From: Octopus bimaculoides
Lineage: Eukaryota
Length of the DNA stretch: 38,035 nucleotides
Assembly (NCBI RefSeq): GCF_001194135.2
Contig: NC_068984.1
Location: 5,069,240-5,107,274, forward strand
Direction of reading: 5' to 3'
Positions 12,045 through 23,963 of this stretch are shown here, in pieces. Numbering within the stretch: position 1 is the stretch's first letter; the number at the start of each line of letters is the position of its first letter. Made by a program: the position numbers and the translations under genes. The notes under the pieces were generated by a model. It was not told the origin of the DNA. It made no database searches and was given only the letters and a program-made list of their open reading frames with translations.

Positions 12045-12214
12045 GATACATATATACGACGGGCTTCTTTCAGTTTCCGTCTACCAAATCCACTCACAAG
12101 GCTTTGGTCGGCCCGACGCTATAGTAGAAGACACTTGCCTAAAGTGCCACGCAGTGGGAATGAACCCGGAACCATGTGGTCGGTAAGCAAGCTACTTACC
12201 ACACAGCCACTCCT
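11780..12214 (-). mobile_element. SINE family A, best-preserved full-length copy
   Basis: Minus strand: A-box-like TGGCTGTGTGG, B-box-like GGGTTCATTCCC, core with ttaggcaagtgtcttctactatagc, internal (TG)n, tail ggcggtgctccagcatggccgcagtcaaatgactgaatcaagtaaaagagtaaaga. Confidence 0.9.
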
Positions 12215-12279
12215 TTGGTAAACAGCAAAAACAAAAACAAAAAAAGAAAGTTACTTTTTGCTCCGTCTAATTGCTGTAA

Positions 12280-12467
12280 TGCCCACAATCTGTTAAAAAT
12301 AGCAGTGAAATGTCTAATAACACTGTGTAACGTTTCTTAAAGGAAGGACACAATAGGTGGTGCTGTTCTTGATGCACAGTAAGACTGCTGGAGCGTCTTT
12401 GATTATATGTCAGATGAGTGAGTGAATAAGCGTTGATCGGAAGCTAAACAACAGCAACAACAACAAT
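12280..12467 (+). mobile_element. Probable decayed retroposon 3' end with (AAC)n tail
   Basis: Ends in ggaagctaaacaacagcaacaacaacaa, a simple-repeat tail typical of non-LTR 3' ends. Family assignment uncertain. Confidence 0.35.
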
Positions 12468-13537
12468 CACGAGAGCAACAGCCTCGTCTGAGTTTGAGAC
12501 AATTCCACTTACAGCGTCTCATGGCTATTAACAGAATAAAGTATCATTATAGTAATCCTGGTTAAGACTTGAAACTGCATCCAGATGCGAAGCGAATTTC
12601 TTAACCGCACAACCAGACGTGCCAACCACAAGATATCAGAAGGTAAATGGTTTTTATCGAATTAAATCTCGATGACGGAATAAACTTGAATAGTGAGAAA
12701 GAGTAAATCAACAAATCGGAAATTCAGCAAGCGAATAATGTAAGAAAAAAAGTAATTTATATTTTCTATTAGATCGAAATTCTTAATGAATATATTAGAC
12801 ATTAGACATTATAAACACAACTCTGAGTGAGAAAGAGAGAATAGACACATTTTCAGTAGGTTTGCTTCTCTCTTCTTTTCTTTCCTCCACCATTTCTCTC
12901 TCCCTCCCTCTCTCCCTCTTCCTGTCTCTCTCTTTCTCTCTCTATCACAAATTGCTGTTTACAATCTCTAAAATCATTTTACTTTGAAAATCTCGGTAGT
13001 TAGTTTATTCAGAAGTAAATATAAATGGAAGATGCACAAAAAAAGAAAAATTACACGACTATTGTTTAACCCTCAAACACTCAAAGCTGAGTGTGCGTGC
13101 GTGTGTGTGTATACATATATATATGGGAGAATATACAAATAATAACAACAGACGAGGACAGGTGGTGTAAATAACAAAAGTATATATTAGTATGACGCTC
13201 GGGAATACGGAAAGTCTTATATATATATATATATATATATATNNNNNNNNNNNNNNNNNNNNNNNNNNNNNNNNNNNNNNNNNNNNNNNNNNNNNNNNNN
13301 NNNNNNNNNNNNNNNNNNNNNNNNNNNNNNNNNNNNNNNNNNNNNNNNNNNNNNNNNNNNNNNNNNNNNNNNNNNNNNNNNNNNNNNNNNNNNNNNNNNN
13401 NNNNNNNNNNNNNNNNNNNNNNNNNNNNNNNNNNNNNNNNNNNNNNNNNNNNNNNNNNNNNNNNNNNNNNNNNNNNNNNNNNNNNNNNNNNNNNNNNNNN
13501 NNNNNNNNNNNNNNNNNNNNNNNNNNNNNNNNNNNNN

Positions 13538-13597
<60 letters not shown>

Positions 13598-14160
13598 TGC
13601 ATGCATGTATATGTGCGAACGTATGTATGTATAGGTGAGCTGGTTTTGAAGATAATGCACCTTGAGTTTTAAAAGAGATTGTAGTTTAAATTTCTTATAA
13701 CAAATTCATTAAAATACCAGACCGGTTTCTACAATGTTAGATGAAAAACGTTTCAGAGAGATTGAAGGTACAAAAGAAAAATTCGGTGAAACTACTGAAC
13801 TGACAACCATGTATTATTATTATGGAGCTCATTGAATGATTGAACTTTTATTATTTTCTAATACTGTGAAATTTATTGAATGTTAGATTCTGTATGAATA
13901 TTTCGACGTTTTTAAGCTTGCGCATCCGGAGTAGGCAGATCAATCACTTTGTAGCAATTGGCACCAGCACGAAATATGATGGGGAGAGGTTCTCAAGAGC
14001 GACAAGAATTTCTCCAAAATTGACATGTCATGACAAAAACTGATTTGTCTCATTGTTTTGTACACAAGATACACACACACATACGCACACACACACAGCA
14101 AAACACACACGCACACACATACACACACATACTCACACACGCATACATATATACATATAT

Positions 14161-14291
14161 TTTGGAATTGGTCCTCGAAGTACATATAACACGATAAAAT
14201 AATATCTTAAATAATAACGTAAATATTGTGGTGAAAAAAAAATACAACCTTTTAGATAGAATTCGGAGTCTGTTCGAGAGCCAATTCCAAA
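14161..14291. repeat. 131-bp segment bounded by 19-bp inverted repeats
   Basis: tttggaattggtcctcgaa (14161-14179) and ttcgagagccaattccaaa (14273-14291), 17/19 complementary. Confidence 0.55.
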
Positions 14292-14438
14292 CAGGAATTA
14301 TTCCACATTATCTCGAAAGATTATAAATTCTTCTGACGTTAACTATATATTCCTTGAAACTATGCACACACACACACACACGCGCGCGCGCACATATAAG
14401 CACACATACGTATTTATGTATATATAGATAAGCATACA

Positions 14439-14471
<33 letters not shown>

Positions 14472-15288
14472 NNNNNNNNNNNNNNNNNNNNNNNNNNNNN
14501 NNNNNNNNNNNNNNNNNNNNNNNNNNNNNNNNNNNNNNNNNNNNNNNNNNNNNNNNNNNNNNNNNNNNNNNNNNNNNNNNNNNNNNNNNNNNNNNNNNNN
14601 NNNNNNNNNNNNNNNNNNNNNNNNNNNNNNNNNNNNNNNNNNNNNNNNNNNNNNNNNNNNNNNNNNNNNNNNNNNNNNNNNNNNNNNNNNNNNNNNNNNN
14701 NNNNNNNNNNNNNNNNNNNNNNNNNNNNNNNNNNNNNNNNNNNNNNNNNNNNNNNNNNNNNNNNNNNNNNNNNNNNNNNNNNNNNNNNNNNNNNNNNNNN
14801 NNNNNNNNNNNNNNNNNNNNNNNNNNNNNNNNNNNNNNNNNNNNNNNNNNNNNNNNNNNNNNNNNNNNNNNNNNNNNNNNNNNNNNNNNNNNNNNNNNNN
14901 NNNNNNNNNNNNNNNNNNNNNNNNNNNNNNNNNNNNNNNNNNNNNNNNNNNNNNNNNNNNNNNNNNNNNNNNNNNNNNNNNNNNNNNNNNNNNNNNNNNN
15001 NNNNNNNNNNNNNNNNNNNNNNNNNNNNNNNNNNNNNNNNNNNNNNNNNNNNNNNNNNNNNNNNNNNNNNNNNNNNNNNNNNNNNNNNNNNNNNNNNNNN
15101 NNNNNNNNNNNNNNNNNNNNNNNNNNNNNNNNNNNNNNNNNNNNNNNNNNNNNNNNNNNNNNNNNNNNNNNNNNNNNNNNNNNNNNNNNNNNNNNNNNNN
15201 NNNNNNNNNNNNNNNNNNNNNNNNNNNNNNNNNNNNNNNNNNNNNNNNNNNNNNNNNNNNNNNNNNNNNNNNNNNNNNNNNNNNNNNN

Positions 15289-15820
15289 AAGGTTATGGTG
15301 ACTGTTTGGTGGTGTACTTTTGGTTCTCATTCACTATGACTTCTTAAAACCTGGCAAAACGATTACTGCAGAAATATATTGCCATGAAATTGCCAAAATG
15401 AACGAAAAGCTGCTACTCCGTCCCAAACTGGTCAACAGAAGAGGTCATGACAATGCTCGACCACACGTTTCGCTAATGACGCTCCAGAAGTTGAGGGAAC
15501 TTGGCTACGAAGTTCTTCCCCACCCAGCTTATTCCCCAGACCTTTCTCCTACCGACTACCACTTTCTCGAGCACCTTGATGGTTTCCTGCGAGAGAAGGA
15601 GTTCAAAAATCAAACCGATGCTTAAAGTGCGTTCATAGAGTTCATCAGGTCCAGAACTCCCAGATGTTTATGTTACTGGAATAAACAAACTTGTAACTCG
15701 TTGGCAAAAACGTGTTGATTGTAATGATACTTGCTGTGATGAATAAAATTTCCGCATTACTGAAATATATTGTGATGAATTTCATGTTTCAAAGTGTTGT
15801 CTACTTTTTATTCGACCTGA
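15289..15820 (+). mobile_element. Mariner transposon 3' half (DD34D, Hsmar1/cecropia-like), pseudogenised; 5' half probably in the gap
   Basis: KVMVTVWW, LIHYDFLKPGKTIT, HDNARPH, LQKLRELGYEVLPHPAYSPDLSPTDYHF with 34 residues between the 2nd and 3rd D. Frameshifts and an in-frame stop. TIR-like end tactttttattcgacctga followed by TA (15821-15822). Confidence 0.92.
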
Positions 15821-15850
15821 TATGAGTGTGTGTGTGTTGTGTGTTGTGTG

Positions 15851-15900
<50 letters not shown>

Positions 15901-16521
15901 GTGTGTGTGTGTATGCGTGTGAATGTGTGTAAATGTATATATATATAAAAGATCATTAAAAAACAAATGTGGCCAGTTATAAATTATTCTCTTTTTCTGT
16001 AGAAAAAATATCCAAATGATGTTTTATAGTTGATAAAGTGAGATGTGAAAAAAAGATATTGAATAAAAGTACATGAGACCAGGTTGGTGAAAGAGAAAGC
16101 CACATTGAACAACAGACAAAAAGTTTAAATGATAACAGTTCATTCGATAATTTCCTGGTCATTTGCTGTCGATACTTCTGTACACAGTTACCCATAATCT
16201 ACTGACAAAAATATGTGACTCATACTGAGAGGAGTAACGGGGAAGGAGACATTATATTTGCTTTCAGTAAGAAACAAATAACCCCGAAGCTTATTCAACG
16301 TATAGACGTATAACGTATATAAGTGAATAGAATAAAAGTTTAGGTTCTCAGCGGAAAGGTTTCTTGCAATGGTTTACTTGGTTTAATCTTGTGGCAACAA
16401 GTACGGAAATGAAAGCGAGGGCGACGCGTTTATTAATAATTCTTTAGGTTGTTGCGTCTGGGAGTGACGTAGTGCCGAGTTTAGCTTCCATAACGGTCAA
16501 CAATGCATTGTACAAGTATTC

Positions 16522-16766
16522 CTTTCTATCTTTTATCCTTTACTTGTTTCAGCCATTGGACTACGGCCGTGCTGGGGCAACACCTTGGCGAAATTTTCGT
16601 TGAATGAAAACGATCACAGTGCTTATTTTCTTTTCTTTTTCTTAGCTTGGTCCTTATTGCATCGCTCTTTTTTTGCCGAAGCGCTATATTTACGGTAGTC
16701 TAAATACAACAACAACAGCAGTCGTCAAGGCGGCGGTGGAGGACAAACAAAAACACAAACACAAAC
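16522..16766 (-). mobile_element. SINE family A 3' half (head missing)
   Basis: Reverse complement of the family A tail: cttttatcctttacttgtttcagccattggactacggccgtgctggggcaacacc...gtcaaggcggcggtggaggacaaac. Confidence 0.7.
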
Positions 16767-16930
16767 AGGTAGGCAGCGTGGTTGTGAGGTAAGAAATTTG
16801 TTTCCCAACCACACGGTTCTGAGTTCAGTCCCATTGCGTGGCACTTTGGGCAAGTGTCTTCTATTATAGCCTCGGATTGACCAAAGTCTTGTGAGTGAAT
16901 TTGGTAGACGGAAACTAAAAGAAGCTCGCC

Positions 16931-16933
<3 letters not shown>
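16767..16933 (+). mobile_element. SINE family A 5' half (head and core), ending in (TA)n
   Basis: ggtaagaaatttgtttcccaaccacacggttctgagttcagtccc...tttgggcaagtgtcttctattatagcctc...gacggaaactaaaagaagctcgccg. Confidence 0.85.
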
Positions 16934-16963
<30 letters not shown>

Positions 16964-16966
<3 letters not shown>

Positions 16967-17433
16967 AGCAAGTGTGGCAGTGTGGTAGGAGGCTTCTTTT
17001 CCAACCACATGGTACCGGGTTCGGCCCCACTGCATTGTACTTTAGGCAAGTGTCTTCTACTACAGCCTCAGGCTGACCAAACCCTTGTGAGTGGATTTAG
17101 TAGACGGAAACTGAGAGAAGCCTGTCGTAGATCTCTATGTATGTATGTATGTATGTATGTATGTATGTATGTATCTATCTATCTATCTATCTATCTATCT
17201 GTATATGTGTATGTGTCTCTTTGTGTGTACGTGTTTGTTGCTCCCCCATCACCGCTTGACAGATGGTGTTGGTGTGTTTATGTTCCCGTGACTTGGCGGT
17301 TCGGCAAAAAGTAGAATAAATACAAGGCTTAAAAACTAAGCGTTGGGGTCGATTTGTTCGACTACAACCCCTCAAAGCAGTGCTCCAGTATGGTCGCAGT
17401 CAAATCACTGAAATAATCGAAAGAATAAAAGAA
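16964..17433 (+). mobile_element. SINE family A full-length copy
   Basis: Second head 16964-17130, internal (TATG)(TATC)(TG) 17131-17230, tail with ggggtcgatttgttcgac and gcagtgctccagtatggtcgcagtcaaatcactgaaa. Confidence 0.85.
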
Positions 17434-17510
17434 TACAAGTAGGTGTGAATATAAGAATGTATCTACATGCGCACGCACACATATGTGCACGCGCCTGCGC
17501 ACACATATAT

Positions 17511-18110
17511 GTCGAACGACTGCTATCGTGTATAGGACGAGTCGGTTTATCAACCGTGTCTATCGTGGATATTGTCGCGCCTCCTTCCTTGAAACGCAAG
17601 GAAGAGCCGGTGGACGTGTTTGAAAGCTCGAGAGACAAACACTTTCCTCTCTGATCAATCTCTCATCAACTTCTTCAAGTATCACTTGAAGAGGAAGGTG
17701 AGAGTAGAGAGGGAAGTTTTGTCTAGTGAATGTTTCGAAAAAAGATGGGTGAATGTAGCAAGGATAGCAGGTGTGAATGACGGAGCCAGTTTGAGCATAA
17801 TCCTATGAACCAGGAAAAGAAAGGTAAAAAGAGAGTCACTTACTGTAATGCGTTTTTTTGTATGACATTATTGCCCGAGGTTACCGTGGTCTTTTCCGTA
17901 GGCTTTTCTTTCCACGGATAAACCTAATCTGCTCCCCCTTTTTACATTATGACATTTCTGTGATACACAATCCCTATTGATCGGCCTCTTTTTTCTTTTC
18001 TAACGTTCCCCTTAGATCGAATTTCTAGTCCACAATTTTTTTCTTCTACTCTTCCCCAAAAGAAAAGCTCTACTATGTATTTTGTCCCCTGTGTGGCCAA
18101 TAAAGAAGCA
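17511..18110 (+). mobile_element. 5'-truncated L1/Tx1-like LINE: ORF2 C-terminus plus 3' UTR
   Basis: Frameshifted VERLLSCIGRVGLSTVSIVDIVAPP / RWTCLKARETNTFLSDQSLINFFKYHLKRKVRVEREVLSSECFEKRWVNVARIAGVNDGASLSIIL* (stop 17806-17808) resembles Tx1-clade ORF2 ends. AATAAA at 18099-18104, then a TATC tail. Confidence 0.65.
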
Positions 18111-18141
18111 TATCTATTTGTCTGTCTATCTATCTATCTAT

Positions 18142-18382
18142 CTAATCTGTTCCCCGTTTTTTACATCGACTGTGATACACGAACCCTATTGATCGCCCCC
18201 TCCCACGTTTTATTTAATTTTTTTTTTTTTTCTTCCCGCGATCCCTTTTGATCCAAATTATCCCCCCCCCCCCNNNNNNNNNNNNNNNNNNNNNNNNNNN
18301 NNNNNNNNNNNNNCCCCCCAAAGCTCTACTTTGTAATTTGTCCATTTTCTGTATTTAGCCCTGTGTGGCTATAATAAAAAGA
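18142..18382 (+). mobile_element. Second, diverged 3' UTR-only copy of the same LINE
   Basis: Aligns to 17924-18110 (ctaatctg.tcccc, tgtgatacac.a.ccctattgatcg, aaagctctact, ccctgtgtggc...aataaa). (TATC)n on both sides. Confidence 0.75.
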
Positions 18383-18421
<39 letters not shown>

Positions 18422-18717
18422 AATGAAGAACACAAATGATGTTTTCAATTTACTACAGCTGTTTCAGTAGCATTTTACCGATGCATTCATTGATTACATC
18501 ATTGCAAAAATTCACGATCCTCAGGTAAAGTTTTAAGCATGTATGAACAGGCAAGGTAAAACCTTGATGATGACCTATTCAACAACCGATATAATGAATA
18601 AGTGACATTTTAAAATAGAGCAACCGAATAAATTGAGAAACCAGTGATGTATAATGGACATTCTAGGAGCAAAGCGGTCAAAACAACCCTATCATTTCAA
18701 GCAGTTATGTTAATTCT

Positions 18718-19025
18718 GGAGGCACAGGGCATAGTGCATAGACCAGCGGACTCGCAGTCGAGGGATTGTGGGATCGAATGGGACCGAATCTCAGACTGGG
18801 GGATGTGTGTGTTTATGAGCAAAACATCTAAGCCTCCCCACGGTAATGGCGAACTTCTGATAATTCTTTTGCCACAACTTTCTCTCACTCGCTCCTCCTG
18901 CATCTATCAGCTCATCTGCGACGGACCGGCGTTCCGTCCAGGTGGGGAACCTATACGCCAATTAAACCGGGAAACCGGCCCTTATGAGCCAGGCATGGCC
19001 AGAGAAGAAACAAACAACAACAACA
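18718..19025 (+). mobile_element. SINE family C (tRNA-like head, V-domain-like centre, (AAC)n tail) with probable TSD
   Basis: Degenerate A/B boxes (agggcatagtgcatag; gggatcgaat); ctgcgacggaccggcgttccgtccaggtgg resembles V-SINE-type central domains; flanking 14-bp direct repeats cagttatgttaatt (18702-18715) and cagttacgttcatt (19024-19037), 12/14 identical. Confidence 0.7.
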
Positions 19026-19077
19026 GTTACGTTCATTAGTTTAAAGCCGTGACCAACAGTAAAGAAATGCCAGGAAC

Positions 19078-19141
19078 ACAACACACACTCACACTCACAC
19101 ACACTCACACTCACACACACTCACACTCACACACACTCACA

Positions 19142-19200
<59 letters not shown>

Positions 19201-19227
19201 CCACACACACACACACACACACACACT
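19078..19227. repeat. (CA)n/(CACACT)n microsatellite
   Basis: Read directly. Confidence 0.95.
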
Positions 19228-19532
19228 ACCCCCTCCCCTGCTATGTATAGGAACCAAACAAATCCTATTATTCACACACTTACAACAGTAATTCCTTAAG
19301 GTTCATTCCCACTTCTGCTGTGTTGTTTCCTAATTTCAAACTATTTGCTGTTATCTCATTCTATAACGTTGAGGCATGCAGAATATTCGACTCCGTTCAT
19401 AAAAATAAACCGATTGCTTTTATCATTTCTTCATATTTGAATGTTAACGTTACTACTCAGTTCCTGCAGCGCTAATTCGAGATTCTTGTTAAGTGCAATA
19501 CTCTCGTTATATGCGTTCGCGCATATATATAC

Positions 19533-19564
<32 letters not shown>

Positions 19565-19644
19565 GTATATATGTGACAGTTTGTCGTCAGTTTTGTTATT
19601 ATATCAACCAGACTCTCAGAAGAAACTGATGGTCCCTCCTCCAA

Positions 19645-19692
<48 letters not shown>

Positions 19693-19718
19693 TTCTCTCT
19701 ATATATATATGTATATAA

Positions 19719-19776
<58 letters not shown>

Positions 19777-20068
19777 CCGTATTTATGTATATATTTGCAT
19801 GTATGCATGTATGTATCTATGATTATATATATACGTCATATATATATTATATATATGAGTATATATATGTNNNNNNNNNNNNNNNNNNNNNNNNNNNNNN
19901 NNNNNNNNNNNNNNNNNNNNNNNNNNNNNNNNNNNNNNNNNNNNNNNNNNNNNNNNNNNNNNNNNNNNNNNNNNNNNNNNNNNNNNNNNNNNNNNNNNNN
20001 NNNNNNNNNNNNNNNNNNNNNNNNNNNNNNNNNNNNNNNNNNNNNNNNNNNNNNNNNNNNNNNNNNNN

Positions 20069-20120
<52 letters not shown>

Positions 20121-21231
20121 TATATATGCATATATACACACTATATATGCATATATACACAAACACACACACACGCACTGACATCAAGACAAATCTGTTT
20201 AATTCTGCTTTAGAATTCTGTAAATTATTCAATGAATAATCCCGAAAGGTCACGAGGGACAAACAAGAAACTGAATTTCTCCCAAACAGGTTGCAGCCCG
20301 TGTTAACAATGATCGTGTCATCTGTCATTCATCAGGTTGGATGTGATAAGGTGCTACTGGCGACTTGACAATAAATGATTTGTAGGTAAAGGAACGTCAT
20401 GATTGATACTGTTGAAACCCATAAATTTGCCCTCATGACTAGAAATGCATGATTAGCTCAGTTTCTGAAGTTGAACACACCTCAGTGTTTCAAAATAATA
20501 ACTCAAATGAAGAAGTACATTGGCATATGCGAAAGTGATTTCAAAAAAGGATATGCTAAACATCAGTCTTCTTTTTAATAACCGAATAAGTATAATACGA
20601 CAAAGTAGATAACCATATCAGGGATCTGATAGCCAGCAGTACATCACACGTGCTTCGTGAACAAGTGACAACATGTATCAAAGTGATACTGGTTTTGTTT
20701 AGTCGAAAAATCGCATATTCTTTTCAGTTCGTGAAACTCTACTAACCTACTGAAATCTAGATCTGAAACTTTTGCTAAATGTAATCACCTGGACAAATTC
20801 ATTTTATTAACCTGGAATATATCAATTCGGTTCAAGCGTGCAGTCTCACAAACTTTCATCTCTTCCGGTTGAATTAAATACACTAACCATATTAATTTCA
20901 ATTCTAACGGGCCAAGGGATTCAACTTTCAATTCCTTTACCTCCATATTCCCTATTCCTTTTTCTCATTCCACTTGTTCTTTTACCTTTTCCCATCGTCC
21001 TTTGTTATTCTTTCTCCGTTTTTCTCAAGGAGCAGTCATGTTGATTTCAGAATGATTAGAGGCACGCTATACAACCTTGTCCGACCATCGTATCTTTAGA
21101 GATATGAAACTAAGAGTACCTCGAATTTAAACTCTGTCTCTATTAAATGATACATACATACGTACGTACGTACGTATATGTATATTAAGTAGCTAGAATC
21201 AAACAATACATAATTAAAATATTAGATAAAC

Positions 21232-22735
21232 GACCTTCCCATCATGCAACCTTACTAGATCCCAATTCCTGACCTTGGAAAACTTAAGAAACAAAAACCT
21301 CATCTACCTCCCTTCAGACAAAGGGAAAGAATTCTGCATTATAGACAAACACATCTACAAGAAACTCGCTATCGAACACCTCAATGACACCACACTATAT
21401 GAAGATGTTCACAACATCACACTCCACCAACTAGAGTCCATCATCAATACCAGCTGGACCAACGTTTGTTACAAAAGGAATCTCTCTAAGAAAACTAGAC
21501 TGAACTACACATCTAAAATACCAACCCTCCATCCTTCTATCATATCATAAAAAGCCACAAACCCGGACCTAAGCTAAAAATCATACCCTTAGTATCAGGA
21601 ATTAACGGTGCTTTCAATAAGATTTCTTGGCTCCTCTCTAAACTCCTCAAGCCCTTACTACACTCATTCCTCGGACACGTCAGCAGCTCCTACGAAATCT
21701 TCACAGGACTCAAAGATATCCTTACTTCAAACTGACAAATACCTTTTTAGTTTAGACTTAGTTTCCCTCTACACCTCTGTACCCGCTCTCCCAGCACTCA
21801 ACACCTGCCGCTCATGCATCTTCTTCTTCAGGTACTTTGATGACATCCTTCTCATCATGTCCTCTAGGGATGAGGCCATTAACATACACCGGACCTTCAA
21901 TAATATCGACATAAACATCAAATTCAAGAGTGAACATCCAGAGGAATCCGGAACCCTCTCTCTACTCAACTTTCAACTCAGGATGACAGAGGAAGGCTGC
22001 ACATTTACCAACTTCTAGAGAAAACCTGCAAGCAGAAATCTTTTCGTCCAGGACCAATCAGCCTTACCCACCATAGCCAAAGCCCCATACGTGAGAAACG
22101 AGATTGCACGTACAAACAACAATTGCAGCGAAGTGACCGACAAAGCCGTCAACACCAAGCAGTTTCTCAGAGACCTAACCCTGAATGGCTACTCACCATC
22201 CTTAGCCAAGCAACGGCGCCTAAAGAACATCAGGGTCAATAAACCCCAGAAGAACCCTCATACTCCCAAGTCCGACACGTGCTTCCTAAAGCAACCACAT
22301 TTTGACGACAGAACTACTGCAGCGATACAACATGCAGTCCACGAGGAAGGACTCGGCATACAGATAGTGCACACCGGCCCATATCTGAGAAAATCTCTGT
22401 CTACGAACAAAACCTTTCACTCATTCGTGGAGTGCACATTATCGAACTGCCTCATCAGTGGTCCTGAAATGTGCTAGAGGACCTATTTTGTATACGTGAT
22501 CATTTGTGGCAAATGTGGCGCATACTACATAAGAAGCATAGTAAGAAGACTGCATATACGAATAAAAGAACATATGTAGGCAGACACTTGCGTGAAGAAA
22601 CATGTACGGAAGTCTCAGACTCGGGAATTTACAGTGCACATCAGGGCAACACAGCGCAACCTTAGAATCTCTAAGGCCATCCTCATACACAAAATGAAAC
22701 CAACCATCAACAACGATAATATATAACAATAACAA
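21232..22735 (+). mobile_element. Penelope-like retroelement, decayed RT and GIY-YIG endonuclease
   Basis: NLTRSQFLTLENL...LPSDKGKEFCIIDK, FYHIIKSHKP, LFSLDLVSLYTSVP, FFRYFDD, IKFKSEHPEESGTLSLLNF, RKPASRNL, NGYSPS, VYVIICGKCGAYYIRS...RIKEH, KAILIHKMKPTIN. Several frameshifts and stops. Confidence 0.9.
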
Positions 22736-23916
22736 TAATACAAACGATTTTGATAATAGGTACCTTGGTGCAGTTGACCACTACATATACACATACAAAC
22801 ATCGTGGAGGATGTAATACAACTAGGCACTACATATATACTACAAGGTATACTTTTAATACAATAGGACAAATTATAAATTGCATCTAATGAAAGCACAC
22901 GAAATTCCATTCAGCTGTACAGAAAGTTACCATCTTCCTAAATAGTTAGAGCGCCACTCTTAGCTTGAACATGCAAACATGTATTTATTGATTAATTCTG
23001 GCTTAATAATCGGTTAACAGTTTCATTCTTTCAATGTATACTATTTTTCACCAATGAGAATCATCCTGTCATTTATCGCTGTGCTCCATGTTTTCATATA
23101 ATTGTATATGTGTAATGTAGAAAACACAATACCTAAATTGCTATCTATGTTTATTTCTTTTCCCCGCCGAAACATGATATACCAATATATAAAGAATGGT
23201 ATTGATTTTCGATCATTCTCTCCGCAGGGAATCAGATTTCCATTTAAAGAACATCATCATACCAAAAACGTTTTAGAAATGAATTCCCGAAAAGGGAGTA
23301 GAAATGTCTTAAGCCTGTCTTCTAAATAACATACGCTTATTGATTTGGTACTACGCACTCAAATCAAGAATAAATGCGAAACTCTGAAAAAAAGCGCTCT
23401 TCAGACACATGTTTACGTAGAAAATAAACAAGCGAATTAATATTTGTAATAAAACGGATAAATTTTTTTCTATATTTCTCTCAGTGAAATCTGGGAATAA
23501 ATAATATTATATTCTGTTGGCTAGTCAAAGTTGCTGTAAGGTAAAAGAACTTCTCTGCTACTTTTTGTCGTTTTCATGTTTTATTTTCTTTTCATCGAAA
23601 AATTGCATTACTCTAGAAATTTCAATATATTAATATTATTCGAAAACAGAGATGCTTCTGGGTAATTTGAAGAAATGAATGAATCAGACGACAATTTCTT
23701 GTCTTAGAATTACTGAGCGTAGATTTACGATGCACTCAAGTACACAGCTTAAAACTTTACAAATGTTCTATAGGTATGTGTCTGGAAGACGTCCAAGTAA
23801 TGTGATACAGTTATGAAAATGTGTATACACACAATATATATGTATATGTACCTGTATGTATGTATATATGTATGTACGTTTGTTTTCATACTTGCATGTA
23901 TGTAAGTACGTATGTA

Positions 23917-23963
<47 letters not shown>

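Noticed and set aside
14308-15347. Long ORFs of 300-390 aa here and at 25724-26935 and 30687-31376
   Set aside because: Almost entirely X from assembly gaps.
16448-16515. Small AG/GT-bounded open segments here and at 20290-20335
   Set aside because: Weak splice signals and short length; expected by chance.
22881-22920. CTAATGA-aagcacac-GAAA downstream of the first PLE as a hammerhead
   Set aside because: The core is mutated and no stem I, II or III pairing could be built.
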